This document shows positions 48,398 through 56,192 of a stretch of DNA of 58,085 nucleotides, one piece after another. Source of the DNA: a virus (taxonomy: Duplodnaviria > Caudoviricetes); IMG/VR virus record IMGVR_UViG_3300043398_000262, positions 1 through 58,085 of that record; one strand, given 5' to 3'. The notes below the pieces were generated by a model. It was not told where the DNA came from. It worked only from the letters and a program-made list of their open reading frames with translations, and ran no database searches. The stretch's first letter is position 1. Each line of letters starts with the position of its first letter. The translations under genes were made by a program, and so were the position numbers.

Positions 48398-48901
48398 TTA
48401 TTTCGACTTCCTTTTGCGTGCCTGCTTGATTGTACGTGGCCTGCGGCGCGCCGTCACTGCCTTTTTGCGACCTGATTTGGCTTGGCGCTTCTCCATTTTG
48501 CGTTCGTGCGCCAGACGGTATTTCTCGGCTTCCTTGGGTGTGAGCTCCTGGAGCACTTCGACGGTGATACGCGTCCGTGGAGACGCCTTGTCATAGTGAC
48601 GAGTTGCCTCCATCTCGGTGACCATAACGTCGTCAAAGAAGGCGGCTCCGTTCAACCCATCGAGGGCCGCCTTGCAATAGTTATCCACGTCGCCAAATCT
48701 ACGCGAACCGCAGAAGAATGCCATCGTGACTCGATACACGGCAGCCATCGGCCAACCGTCTTCTCTAGCCTGGGAACACGCTTCGTTGATGCGCATCTCC
48801 TGGTCTATGGTCTTCTGTGGTGTGAATACACGTCCACCCCTACCTAGGCGTGGTCTCTGTTTGACTGCTGGCTCCCCAGCTACTACGAAGCTTAGTCTCA
48901 T
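48398..48901 (-). CDS. rusA: RusA-family Holliday junction resolvase
   Basis: GEP..KQRPR, DVDNYCKAALDGLNG..F.DD..V. Confidence 0.9.
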   Translation of the reverse strand: MRLSFVVAGEPAVKQRPRLGRGGRVFTPQKTIDQEMRINEACSQAREDGWPMAAVYRVTMAFFCGSRRFGDVDNYCKAALDGLNGAAFFDDVMVTEMEATRHYDKASPRTRITVEVLQELTPKEAEKYRLAHERKMEKRQAKSGRKKAVTARRRPRTIKQARKRKSK

Positions 48902-49530
48902 ACGCGGCCACCAACGATTTCATAGACACTGCTTGTCGACAACTCAACCCAGGACGCTACGTCAGCGACTGTGGCGCCTAGAGCTCGCAACATTCGCACC
49001 GTTTCAGCGTGTCTTGTCATCTTGTTGCGCTTCTGTCGTTTGCCAACGTCCCCCTGAATTTCGTTAGGGTTAGCAAAGCTGCCGTGCAAAGCTACAGCCG
49101 CCCTGTCGTAGGCTGCCGCTGCGTCCTCCTTTGTCGGGAAGTGCCCCAGCGCGTATTTGACCTTGTTGAATTGAATCTGGGCTATCCAGCTGTTGCACTT
49201 GGCGGACCAATGCACCCCTTTGATTCCTGACTTGCTGGACAGGTATGCAGGCTTGTTGCAATTGTTCCCTGTCCTATCACTGACGCGTAGATTCTCTCTG
49301 CGGTTGTCTAGGCCATCACCGTTGATGTGGTCAATTTCCACCTTGGGGTCAGTCACTCCTAGTACCACTCTGTGCAGTCTGGCAGGTTTCCCAAACATCC
49401 TGCCGCACATGGCGTATCGAGTTCGCATCCCGGGACGCGCCCAAGAGCACCAAGTGAAGTCTTTGACTTGCTCGAAAACGTCATCATCCACCAGGGCCAC
49501 ACGTCCGCAAGATAGCTTTAGCTCTTTCAC
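48898..49530 (-). CDS. HNH-AP2 homing endonuclease
   Basis: LHRVV...IDHINGDGLDNRRENLR, SGIKGV.W....WIAQI...LG.F...AA.AYD.AA..LHG.FA. Confidence 0.92.
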   Translation of the reverse strand: MKELKLSCGRVALVDDDVFEQVKDFTWCSWARPGMRTRYAMCGRMFGKPARLHRVVLGVTDPKVEIDHINGDGLDNRRENLRVSDRTGNNCNKPAYLSSKSGIKGVHWSAKCNSWIAQIQFNKVKYALGHFPTKEDAAAAYDRAAVALHGSFANPNEIQGDVGKRQKRNKMTRHAETVRMLRALGATVADVASWVELSTSSVYEIVGGRV

Positions 49531-51434
49531 TTTCTAAGCTCCCAAGGTATTAGCACCCCGTTCTCGTATACTGGGTCAGAAGCGGCTTTTGTCCAGCGCA
49601 ACATGGCTGATGGTTCTGCAGTCATCGGAACCTCCTTCACTACTGAATCCGCCCCAGAACAGAACAAATCTCGGATGTGGTGAGACTTTTCATGCAGACC
49701 CTCTAAAGGTACTTCTCCAAGCCATTCGTCGTGAAGCCACCCCTGCATACGGCAGCCGTAGACAGGAGATTCTGGGTCTGCATAGCAGGCATACATGACC
49801 TTTACGAAGCCTGCTTTGCCTGCGTCTGCAGCTAAACCCTGGAATAACGAGTTAGCGAATTCACAGTAGGACACGTCCCCCCGGACGCGTTGCGAGACGA
49901 AGTGCGTTACTTCCCCCCTAGCTCCACGCCTGCCTAGTTGGTCCGCGACCCACTCAAGGTACGGGGCTGCCTCTCTCCACTTCCTTTTCCAGGCCGCGAT
50001 TACTTCGGCTGCTCTGGCTTCGGTTATTTTGACTCCGTAGGTGGTAGCTGCGTACTCTATGAACGTCTTCTTACCCAACCCACCTGGCAGTCCGAAGCCG
50101 GCTGCCTTGGCTAGTTGCCGGAGTTCCTTGAACTTGGGCTTGTCCGTTTTCTTGAGTGCATACGCTTCATCGACGCTCAACCCATAAATCAACGCCCCCA
50201 GCTCGACGTGGGGGTCTCTGGCAGGGTCCTTCAGAACTTCTCCCAGGTCAGAAAAGTCAAAGAGCCACTTGCACACAGCTGCCCACGTTCTAAGCTCCGC
50301 TTGGTTGAAGTCGATACTCACAAAGGCGTACCCGGGTCGTGCCACGAAGCATTCGCGTACACCTTCGGCTCTCGGCGGATTCTGTATCTGGCATACATAC
50401 GCGCTATACGGCTGTCCAGGCTTCGGGTCATCGCCTTGGCGACATGACGTTCGGCCAGTAGCCACCAACGTGTTCATCGACGGTTGAATCAATGGGTGTT
50501 GAAGACGCTTGATTTTGCTTAGAAGAGTGTTTGCTTGCCCATAGCGGGTGTAGGCCGCCAGGATTTCATCCTCGGCTCCCAGACACGCCTCTTCGTCGAG
50601 CTTGACGTTCCCCGGCTTGCCGGCGGCCAGCATCTTCTCTGTTGGCTCTCCGCGTGGCTCAGACTTGCCCAGGCGCCTATAGGCGTCCACCAGCATCTGC
50701 TCAGCCTTGGCTTTGTCCTTAGAGCAAGAGCCGTCTGGCTTGAACTTCAGCAGTCCAGCTTGTGCCAGGACTTTGCGGTCCAGCTCAATCTCTGTCACTG
50801 TGGCGTCGTACAGCTTGCTTGCTGCGACTGGGTCTGTCCTGAGACCCCATGCACTAGACAGCGCCAGTGCTACGGCTGCCTCCACCTGTGGGTGCTCGTT
50901 GACGAACCAGCGGTCTCCCTGGGCTGCCTGGGCTCGCCACAGGTCGCGTACGGCGATATCCCCCTTGGCATAGTCGACTGCCTCTTGGGGCCATTGCTCG
51001 ACGTCCAGCCCATATAGAGAGCCAAACCGCACCCGCCAGGAGCACTGCTTGTCCAGCTTGATGGGGATACCGTGCGCCTCGAGGCAGTCATCCAGACCAA
51101 AGCCCTCACGCCGGTCGCCCTTGCCGATCCTCAGGAGCTTTTCGCGCAGCATCGTACAGCTGAAACCGCCTGCCTTCAACTTGGCGAACACCAACGGACG
51201 CCAGTCGACACTATGTGCCAGCATGGTCAGGATTTCGTAGGACGCGTTGTGGGCGACTATTTGTACCTGTGGGTCCTTGAGGGCCTCTGTCAACAGCTTG
51301 CCCAGACGTCCATCGCGTACGTGCCACAGCTCCGTGGGGGCATCGTCGATGGCGAACGACATGCACACCAACGGAGGAGCCTGTAGGCCAGGAGCTGTTA
51401 GAAACGTCTCAAAATCAACCCACAGCTTAGTCAT
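49527..51434 (-). CDS. polA: Family A DNA polymerase with 3'-5' exonuclease
   Basis: ExoI DFET, ExoII HNASYE, ExoIII YAKGD; TGRTS; motif A DFNQAELR; motif B RQLAKAAGFGLPGG; FQG.AAD; motif C HDE. Confidence 0.92.
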   Translation of the reverse strand: MTKLWVDFETFLTAPGLQAPPLVCMSFAIDDAPTELWHVRDGRLGKLLTEALKDPQVQIVAHNASYEILTMLAHSVDWRPLVFAKLKAGGFSCTMLREKLLRIGKGDRREGFGLDDCLEAHGIPIKLDKQCSWRVRFGSLYGLDVEQWPQEAVDYAKGDIAVRDLWRAQAAQGDRWFVNEHPQVEAAVALALSSAWGLRTDPVAASKLYDATVTEIELDRKVLAQAGLLKFKPDGSCSKDKAKAEQMLVDAYRRLGKSEPRGEPTEKMLAAGKPGNVKLDEEACLGAEDEILAAYTRYGQANTLLSKIKRLQHPLIQPSMNTLVATGRTSCRQGDDPKPGQPYSAYVCQIQNPPRAEGVRECFVARPGYAFVSIDFNQAELRTWAAVCKWLFDFSDLGEVLKDPARDPHVELGALIYGLSVDEAYALKKTDKPKFKELRQLAKAAGFGLPGGLGKKTFIEYAATTYGVKITEARAAEVIAAWKRKWREAAPYLEWVADQLGRRGARGEVTHFVSQRVRGDVSYCEFANSLFQGLAADAGKAGFVKVMYACYADPESPVYGCRMQGWLHDEWLGEVPLEGLHEKSHHIRDLFCSGADSVVKEVPMTAEPSAMLRWTKAASDPVYENGVLIPWELRK

Positions 51435-51442
51435 TCATGTAC

Positions 51443-51994
51443 CTATAAATATTCAGCCAGCCTATCGACCAGGTACAAAACCTCTGCATAGTCAACAGCT
51501 CTGAAGGCATTCTGTCCCTCGGCATTCCGATTCCACGGCCGGTCAAGCAGAATACCGACTCCACCAGCGTCTACGAACGCCTGGACGTTATCGGGGTGGT
51601 CATCAATCAGAACGTCGCCACGCACCAGTGCCTTGTCCGACGCAAAGACGATTTGCCTACTAGTAAACCTACGGTCGCGTAACCACTGAGCACGTTCGTA
51701 GCACCAACGTGGTGTATTCGCTGGACTCGTAACTGCTACAACCTGCCCGCGAGTTCTTAGCGCCTCTAGAAACACCATGGCGCCTGGGTACTCCTCTAGC
51801 CTAGAGACGACGTCAGGACGCTCAATTAGGTGCCAGACTTGGGCGTCTTCCTCTGGGCTGGCCACGGACTTCGAGAAGTCCCACGTAGTGACTTCGTCTT
51901 CAGAGTGAATGCGTCCGGTCAATACCACTAGACATTCCAGATACGTCTGAGCGAACCGACAAATAACGCCGTCGATGTCTAGCAGAATTCTCAC
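51443..51994 (-). CDS. 5'(3')-deoxyribonucleotidase, HAD/NT5C family
   Basis: LDIDGV, VTS, K...GDVLIDD...N, RPWN. Confidence 0.88.
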   Translation of the reverse strand: MRILLDIDGVICRFAQTYLECLVVLTGRIHSEDEVTTWDFSKSVASPEEDAQVWHLIERPDVVSRLEEYPGAMVFLEALRTRGQVVAVTSPANTPRWCYERAQWLRDRRFTSRQIVFASDKALVRGDVLIDDHPDNVQAFVDAGGVGILLDRPWNRNAEGQNAFRAVDYAEVLYLVDRLAEYL

Positions 51995-52326
51995 TTGGGC
52001 TCCTTCAAGGCGCGTCGTCCCCAGGCCTTGATGTCAAACCACAGCACGAATAGCGTGTTGGTGGCCAGATGAGCAGCCACCAAATATCCGCTTTCATCAT
52101 CCCACACCTTGCCGTCAAGTAGCTCGGCCCAGTGGCGACCAGCAGCCGCTACGTACGTGTCTCGGGTGAACGGCAGCCGCTGCCAGCTGCGTGGCTCGTG
52201 CTTCTTGGCGCCGAACGTCAGAATCTCGGCAATCGCCACCAGCGGCTCGCCTGGGAGCAAGTCCATCCTGGGCTTCTCAGCCTTGGCGGCTGCGGTCTGA
52301 ATCACGTGGTCGGACGCCGTGCTCAT
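51991..52326 (-). CDS. dATP/dGTP diphosphohydrolase-like (DUF5664) protein
   Basis: KPRMDLLP...LTFGAKK....W....AA.RH....D.ESG....HLA.N. Confidence 0.75.
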   Translation of the reverse strand: MSTASDHVIQTAAAKAEKPRMDLLPGEPLVAIAEILTFGAKKHEPRSWQRLPFTRDTYVAAAGRHWAELLDGKVWDDESGYLVAAHLATNTLFVLWFDIKAWGRRALKEPK

Positions 52327-52841
52327 TTCTGTCTCCAGGTCAAGGCTTCTTTTACTAGGACGGGAGCGGCTCTGTCGCCATCTACAACTAGGTGAATGCG
52401 TTGCATTATGCTGGCGTGCATCCGCCGGCCGATTTCGTCGGCTTCAGTTTCAGACTGAGACCGCCCATAAGCCGCATACGGCTTGGTCCTGCGAACCCAG
52501 ACGTTGAAGTTGTCGTAAAAATCGAACAGTCGCGAGATGTGCCCGCGATATTCGTCGCTATCGTACACCCCTCGGACGTAGAACAGCGATTTCAGCAGGG
52601 GCGCGTCAGTAAGTATGTAGTCTACCTGGCCCACTAGGCGTCGCAGCCGACGGTCTTGTTCCGCCAGCATGAACATCTCATTTTCCATCGTCTGCCAAGC
52701 ACCGTCGTAAGTCAGCTCCTTGGCAAACTCTTCTACGACTTCGACTTTGAAGCCGGCCAACTTCATCTCGAAAAACAGACCTGCCTTGGTTGTGGATTTA
52801 CCCGCACCTGGACCTGCGAAAAAATTGACGACTACAGTCAT
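52323..52841 (-). CDS. P-loop NTPase/kinase, NadR-AAA_28-like
   Basis: NFFAGPGAGKST, EFAK, TD.PL, GR.Q.E.EA; start at ATG 52841 (ATGA overlap). Confidence 0.8.
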   Translation of the reverse strand: MTVVVNFFAGPGAGKSTTKAGLFFEMKLAGFKVEVVEEFAKELTYDGAWQTMENEMFMLAEQDRRLRRLVGQVDYILTDAPLLKSLFYVRGVYDSDEYRGHISRLFDFYDNFNVWVRRTKPYAAYGRSQSETEADEIGRRMHASIMQRIHLVVDGDRAAPVLVKEALTWRQK

Positions 52842-53662
52842 CGGATGGCTCTCGAGACTTGGGCAAGCATAGACTCGCCGCTTACAATCGGGACGTTGAT
52901 ATGGATGAACCGGCCGGACTTCGAAACTACCTCCAGCCCGTAGCCGTGCGCCCACTGAGAGACGTTTGTGTGCATATACAGCGGCTGAATACGAGCCAGC
53001 GTGCCGGGCGACCACGCGCCGAACAGACCCTTGTCGACTGACCTGCCGTGAACGCTGACAGCACGATGGATATGCCCGAAAACAACGTTTGCGCCGAACT
53101 TACTCAGGTGCACAGCAGCTGCGTGTGCCGAGGCACTTAGCCCATGCGTCACGTACACCGACGTTCCGCCAACGGTCAGTTTCAGCGTACCTGGGATACT
53201 GCAGCCCGGCATGAACTCGTTACGCTCAATGTAGCGAATACCGCGCGTCTTCAACTTCAGCGCCGCGGCGGGGCCCATAGCCGCCAAGTAGCTATCGGCG
53301 TCTTTCTTGTTGAAGAAAGTGGATGTAGCCCATTTCTCTACCCGAAATTCGTGGTTCCCAGCCACGTACCAAATACGTGCCTTGGGTGCCGCCTTGTGGA
53401 TTGCGTCCAGAAATTTGTTGGTGAACGCGACATCGTCTTCGTAAGACTCAGCCATTTCGTTGGTATATGACCGACTGTGCGTCGTAAAAATACCGCCACA
53501 ATCTAAATGGTCGCCCAGCATGACGATTTCGTCAGGAGCCAACCGCTTCAAGTCGGCTAAGAACGCAGCTTCTGCTGCTGGGTCGATATGAGCGCCATGG
53601 CTGTCAGGAATGAACACCCTGGTGACGTCTTTCGATTGAACTGCTTTTGCTCTAGTCGCCAA
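52838..53662 (-). CDS. Calcineurin-like metallophosphoesterase
   Basis: DSH, GDHLD, GNHE, THG, GHIHR; start position uncertain. Confidence 0.88.
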   Translation of the reverse strand: MATRAKAVQSKDVTRVFIPDSHGAHIDPAAEAAFLADLKRLAPDEIVMLGDHLDCGGIFTTHSRSYTNEMAESYEDDVAFTNKFLDAIHKAAPKARIWYVAGNHEFRVEKWATSTFFNKKDADSYLAAMGPAAALKLKTRGIRYIERNEFMPGCSIPGTLKLTVGGTSVYVTHGLSASAHAAAVHLSKFGANVVFGHIHRAVSVHGRSVDKGLFGAWSPGTLARIQPLYMHTNVSQWAHGYGLEVVSKSGRFIHINVPIVSGESMLAQVSRAIR

Positions 53663-53694
53663 AGTGTAACTCCAATTCTTGGGGTAAAGACAGG

Positions 53695-54201
53695 TTATGG
53701 TGACACGCCACGACTCTTGGGCCAGCTAGTTCTGGCGAAACTGCCGTGCAAAGCTTTTCTCGCCTCACGAACAGCTGCAATAGCGTCGTCTTTGTTCTCA
53801 AAGTACCCGACAAAGACCCGTTTTCCTTTGAACCCAACGCGGGCGAGCCATTTGCCGTACAGCGGGAACCAGCAAACACCCTTTTCGCCTGAAGTATTGT
53901 TCTTAGGAGCGCCTTTGTTCCAGACATTCTCGGCATTAGAACAGAGCCGCAGATTCTCTCTGCTGTTGTTAAGCCCATTGCCGTCTATGTGGTCAACTTG
54001 CAGACCCTTAGGCGCATTTAGTAGGAATCGGTGAAGATACTGGGTAGAGTCTCTGCCGTTTACCCTAATGTGCCGCAAAACATAGGCTGAGTATTTATTA
54101 GGCTTCTTTTCCAGATGCCAAGGGCCCGCTTCTTTGACTGCCTCTAAGTCAGCGTCATCCACGATGACCACGAAGCCTGAACGTATTTCGAAGCTAGCCA
54201 T
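53695..54201 (-). CDS. HNH-AP2 homing endonuclease
   Basis: LHRFL...VDHIDGNGLNNSRENLR, SGEKGV.W....W.A....VGYF...A..A....LHGSFA. Confidence 0.92.
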   Translation of the reverse strand: MASFEIRSGFVVIVDDADLEAVKEAGPWHLEKKPNKYSAYVLRHIRVNGRDSTQYLHRFLLNAPKGLQVDHIDGNGLNNSRENLRLCSNAENVWNKGAPKNNTSGEKGVCWFPLYGKWLARVGFKGKRVFVGYFENKDDAIAAVREARKALHGSFARTSWPKSRGVSP

Positions 54202-54480
54202 TGAACTTGCCTCCTGGCCACCTAGCTTAGTTTGGCGATATTCTTTGTCAGCAAAGACTGAATGGTCTCACCAATGTCGGCTGCGTCCATCGCAACCTGA
54301 CACAGATATGCCTGAATTGCATCCAGCCACTGGTCAGGCATCACCACTTTGCCGTGCCACGTAGACTTCTTGACCAGCTCGGCCAAACGCCCCGCCAGCA
54401 CCGGCAACGTGCCCTGGTGCATTGGCACCACCAGAGGCAGCTGGGCGTCAGTAATGCCGGCATTTATCACGAGGCGACTG
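54194..54480 (-). pseudogene. 3' remnant of a MazG-like pyrophosphohydrolase
   Basis: LAGRLAELVKKSTWHG...TIQSLLTKNIAKL, then ARWPGGKFNG in a shifted frame; no own start. Confidence 0.6.
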
Positions 54481-54930
54481 CGGCTCTGAGATGGTTCCGC
54501 GCATTGCAAACGCCGCAGATTCCACCTCGCGCTGCGCAGCACTCGCGTCAAACCGTGCCCTTGCTACGCGAAGGATCCAGGGGAACGTTCGGACGATCCT
54601 TAGTAGCGCGAGCCCTGCCGCGGAAGTCTCTCCAGCCTTCCAGCGAGCAATGGTACGCGGCGCCAAGCCAAGCGCGCGCTCCATGTACGCCATCGTAACT
54701 CGCTCCTTTTCGAGCGACTCGATGATGAGCCTCAAGGAAGCCTTATCGGCTTCGGCGATGGCTTGTCGGACAACCTCTGTTGCGCCGTCGTCCTGGTACC
54801 CTTCGTCGCAGTTCCGGCACTTCACCATGGGAACTTCATAATTGACGGCGGTTCCATAGGGAGGCTCATAGCGGCGGCGATCCAGCCTGCGCTCGACTTG
54901 AGTTGAACCGCATATGCGACACTTTTGCAT
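54448..54930 (-). CDS. MqsA/YgiT-type zinc-ribbon HTH antitoxin (orphan)
   Basis: CRICG...VPMVKCRNCDE zinc ribbon plus MAYMERALGLAPRTIARWKAG HTH; GAGG RBS. Confidence 0.82.
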   Translation of the reverse strand: MQKCRICGSTQVERRLDRRRYEPPYGTAVNYEVPMVKCRNCDEGYQDDGATEVVRQAIAEADKASLRLIIESLEKERVTMAYMERALGLAPRTIARWKAGETSAAGLALLRIVRTFPWILRVARARFDASAAQREVESAAFAMRGTISEPQSPRDKCRHY

Positions 54931-54938
54931 CTCTACCT

Positions 54939-55088
54939 CTACGCCCGTGGCCCATGCAAAGACTTGAGGGCGTGTTCGGCTTCAGCTGACTCGCCACACA
55001 GCCCCAGGGCACACTGCTCCAGCGGAATGAACTGACCGTCCTTGCGGCCCATAGCCAGCACCATTTCGTTGTACTCGAATCCGAACAT
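54939..55088 (-). pseudogene. 5' remnant of a MazG-like gene (49 aa, not in ORF track)
   Basis: GGAGG RBS, then MFGFEYNEMVLAMGRKDGQFIPLEQCALGLCGESAEAEHALKSLHGPRA; ALGL.GE..E is the MazG first helix. Confidence 0.65.
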
Positions 55089-55106
55089 TGCTTGCCTCCA
55101 AACACA

Positions 55107-55367
55107 CTAAAGAAGTCACCAAATGTACCGCAGCTGCCGCAGGGATTAGTCCCGATTGCCGTGGTTTGGTGGCTTCTTTAGGGCGACGACTCAGCAGCTG
55201 TTTCATGCGGCGAAACAGTAAAAACACCTGTCGCAGGCTCTCCCTGCGCACCATGGCTGCTGAGTCGTTGCAAAATAATAGAGTCAACCGCGCAAGTATT
55301 CGCCGGCCGGGGCATGCTGCAGCTGTTTCCCGACTACTGTAGGCAGCGTACTTGGACGCGGTTGGCT
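55107..55367 (+). ncRNA. Candidate structured RNA/ssDNA: three tandem stem-closed domains
   Basis: Closing stems 55107-55123/55165-55181, 55184-55201/55253-55270 and 55282-55298/55349-55367, each with internal hairpins; mismatches are G-U compatible on +. Confidence 0.5.
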
Positions 55368-55418
55368 AAGCTAAACCCGGCGGCTTGCTGAGAACAACCC
55401 AGCACGCAACCCGTGGAA

Positions 55419-56084
55419 CTAAGCCGAAACTCCGAAGCGGGCCTTGAACTCGGCCAGCTCAATGCACTCTGACGTAGCCTCGTTGAACACGAAGCTGGAG
55501 TCATCAGGATGCACCTGGAAACCTTGGGCCACTAGCTCGTTGGCCAGCGTCTTGACGACGGCAGCACGCGTTGGCAGCGCCGGCTTTGCCTTGACGGGCT
55601 CGGCCGTCGCTGGCTCGTTAGCCGAGTGCGGATAGAACTCGTAAAAGACAGTCGGATTGCCTTCCTTGTTCGTCCACGGAACCGCCTCAACCACCACACG
55701 ACGCCCCTTGAGAGGGCTGACAGGGCGGCTGATTGCACTCTGGTACCGCACGTTGTCGATTTGGTTGGCGTCACCAGCCTCTAGACCGCAGATAGCGGCC
55801 ACGGTGCGCTTGATTTTCCCAAGCTCACGCTGATAGGCGCTATCGCGCGGCATGCGTCCGCCACCCTTGGCGTCGTGCGGATAGACCTTGAAATCAGCGC
55901 GCAAGCCAGCGGCACTGGGGCCGGACTCAACGGTGAACTCGACGATGAACCCCTTGCCCTGGAGACCAGTGTGCTCCTTGACGTCCTGGACGATTACCAC
56001 GTGCGTGCCGGGCTTGAGCTTTTCCTTGGCCGTCTTGTTGCCAGGAATATACGCGCTACCCATATCAAAGCTGTCGTTACCCAT
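55419..56084 (-). CDS. Putative single-stranded DNA-binding protein
   Basis: Position between helicase and nucleotide genes; OB-like beta pattern (LKPGTHVVIV...FIVEFTV...LKGRRVVVEA); GGAG RBS before ATG 56084. Function inferred. Confidence 0.5.
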   Translation of the reverse strand: MGNDSFDMGSAYIPGNKTAKEKLKPGTHVVIVQDVKEHTGLQGKGFIVEFTVESGPSAAGLRADFKVYPHDAKGGGRMPRDSAYQRELGKIKRTVAAICGLEAGDANQIDNVRYQSAISRPVSPLKGRRVVVEAVPWTNKEGNPTVFYEFYPHSANEPATAEPVKAKPALPTRAAVVKTLANELVAQGFQVHPDDSSFVFNEATSECIELAEFKARFGVSA

Positions 56085-56192
56085 CTGCGGAGTGCTCCAT
56101 TTCAGTTCTAATTGGTGCCAAATGCGGTTAGCCAGAAGCACGATGCACTAGGGAAAATCTACGTGCAAAATGTTTCTTGCAGTAGCCTGTCA

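Noticed and set aside
51991-52326. 2-aminoadenine (Z) genome system
   Set aside because: No PurZ/PurA-like gene is recognisable in what appears to be a complete genome
54982-55342. ORFs 54982..55287 (-), 54866..55105 (-) and 55088..55342 (+) as the toxin partner of the antitoxin
   Set aside because: No RelE/MqsR-like features; the region is better explained by the MazG 5' remnant and the hairpin array
55107-55418. tRNA gene in the structured intergenic region
   Set aside because: No cloverleaf with D-loop/TTC T-loop consensus on either strand; no tRNA recognised elsewhere by eye
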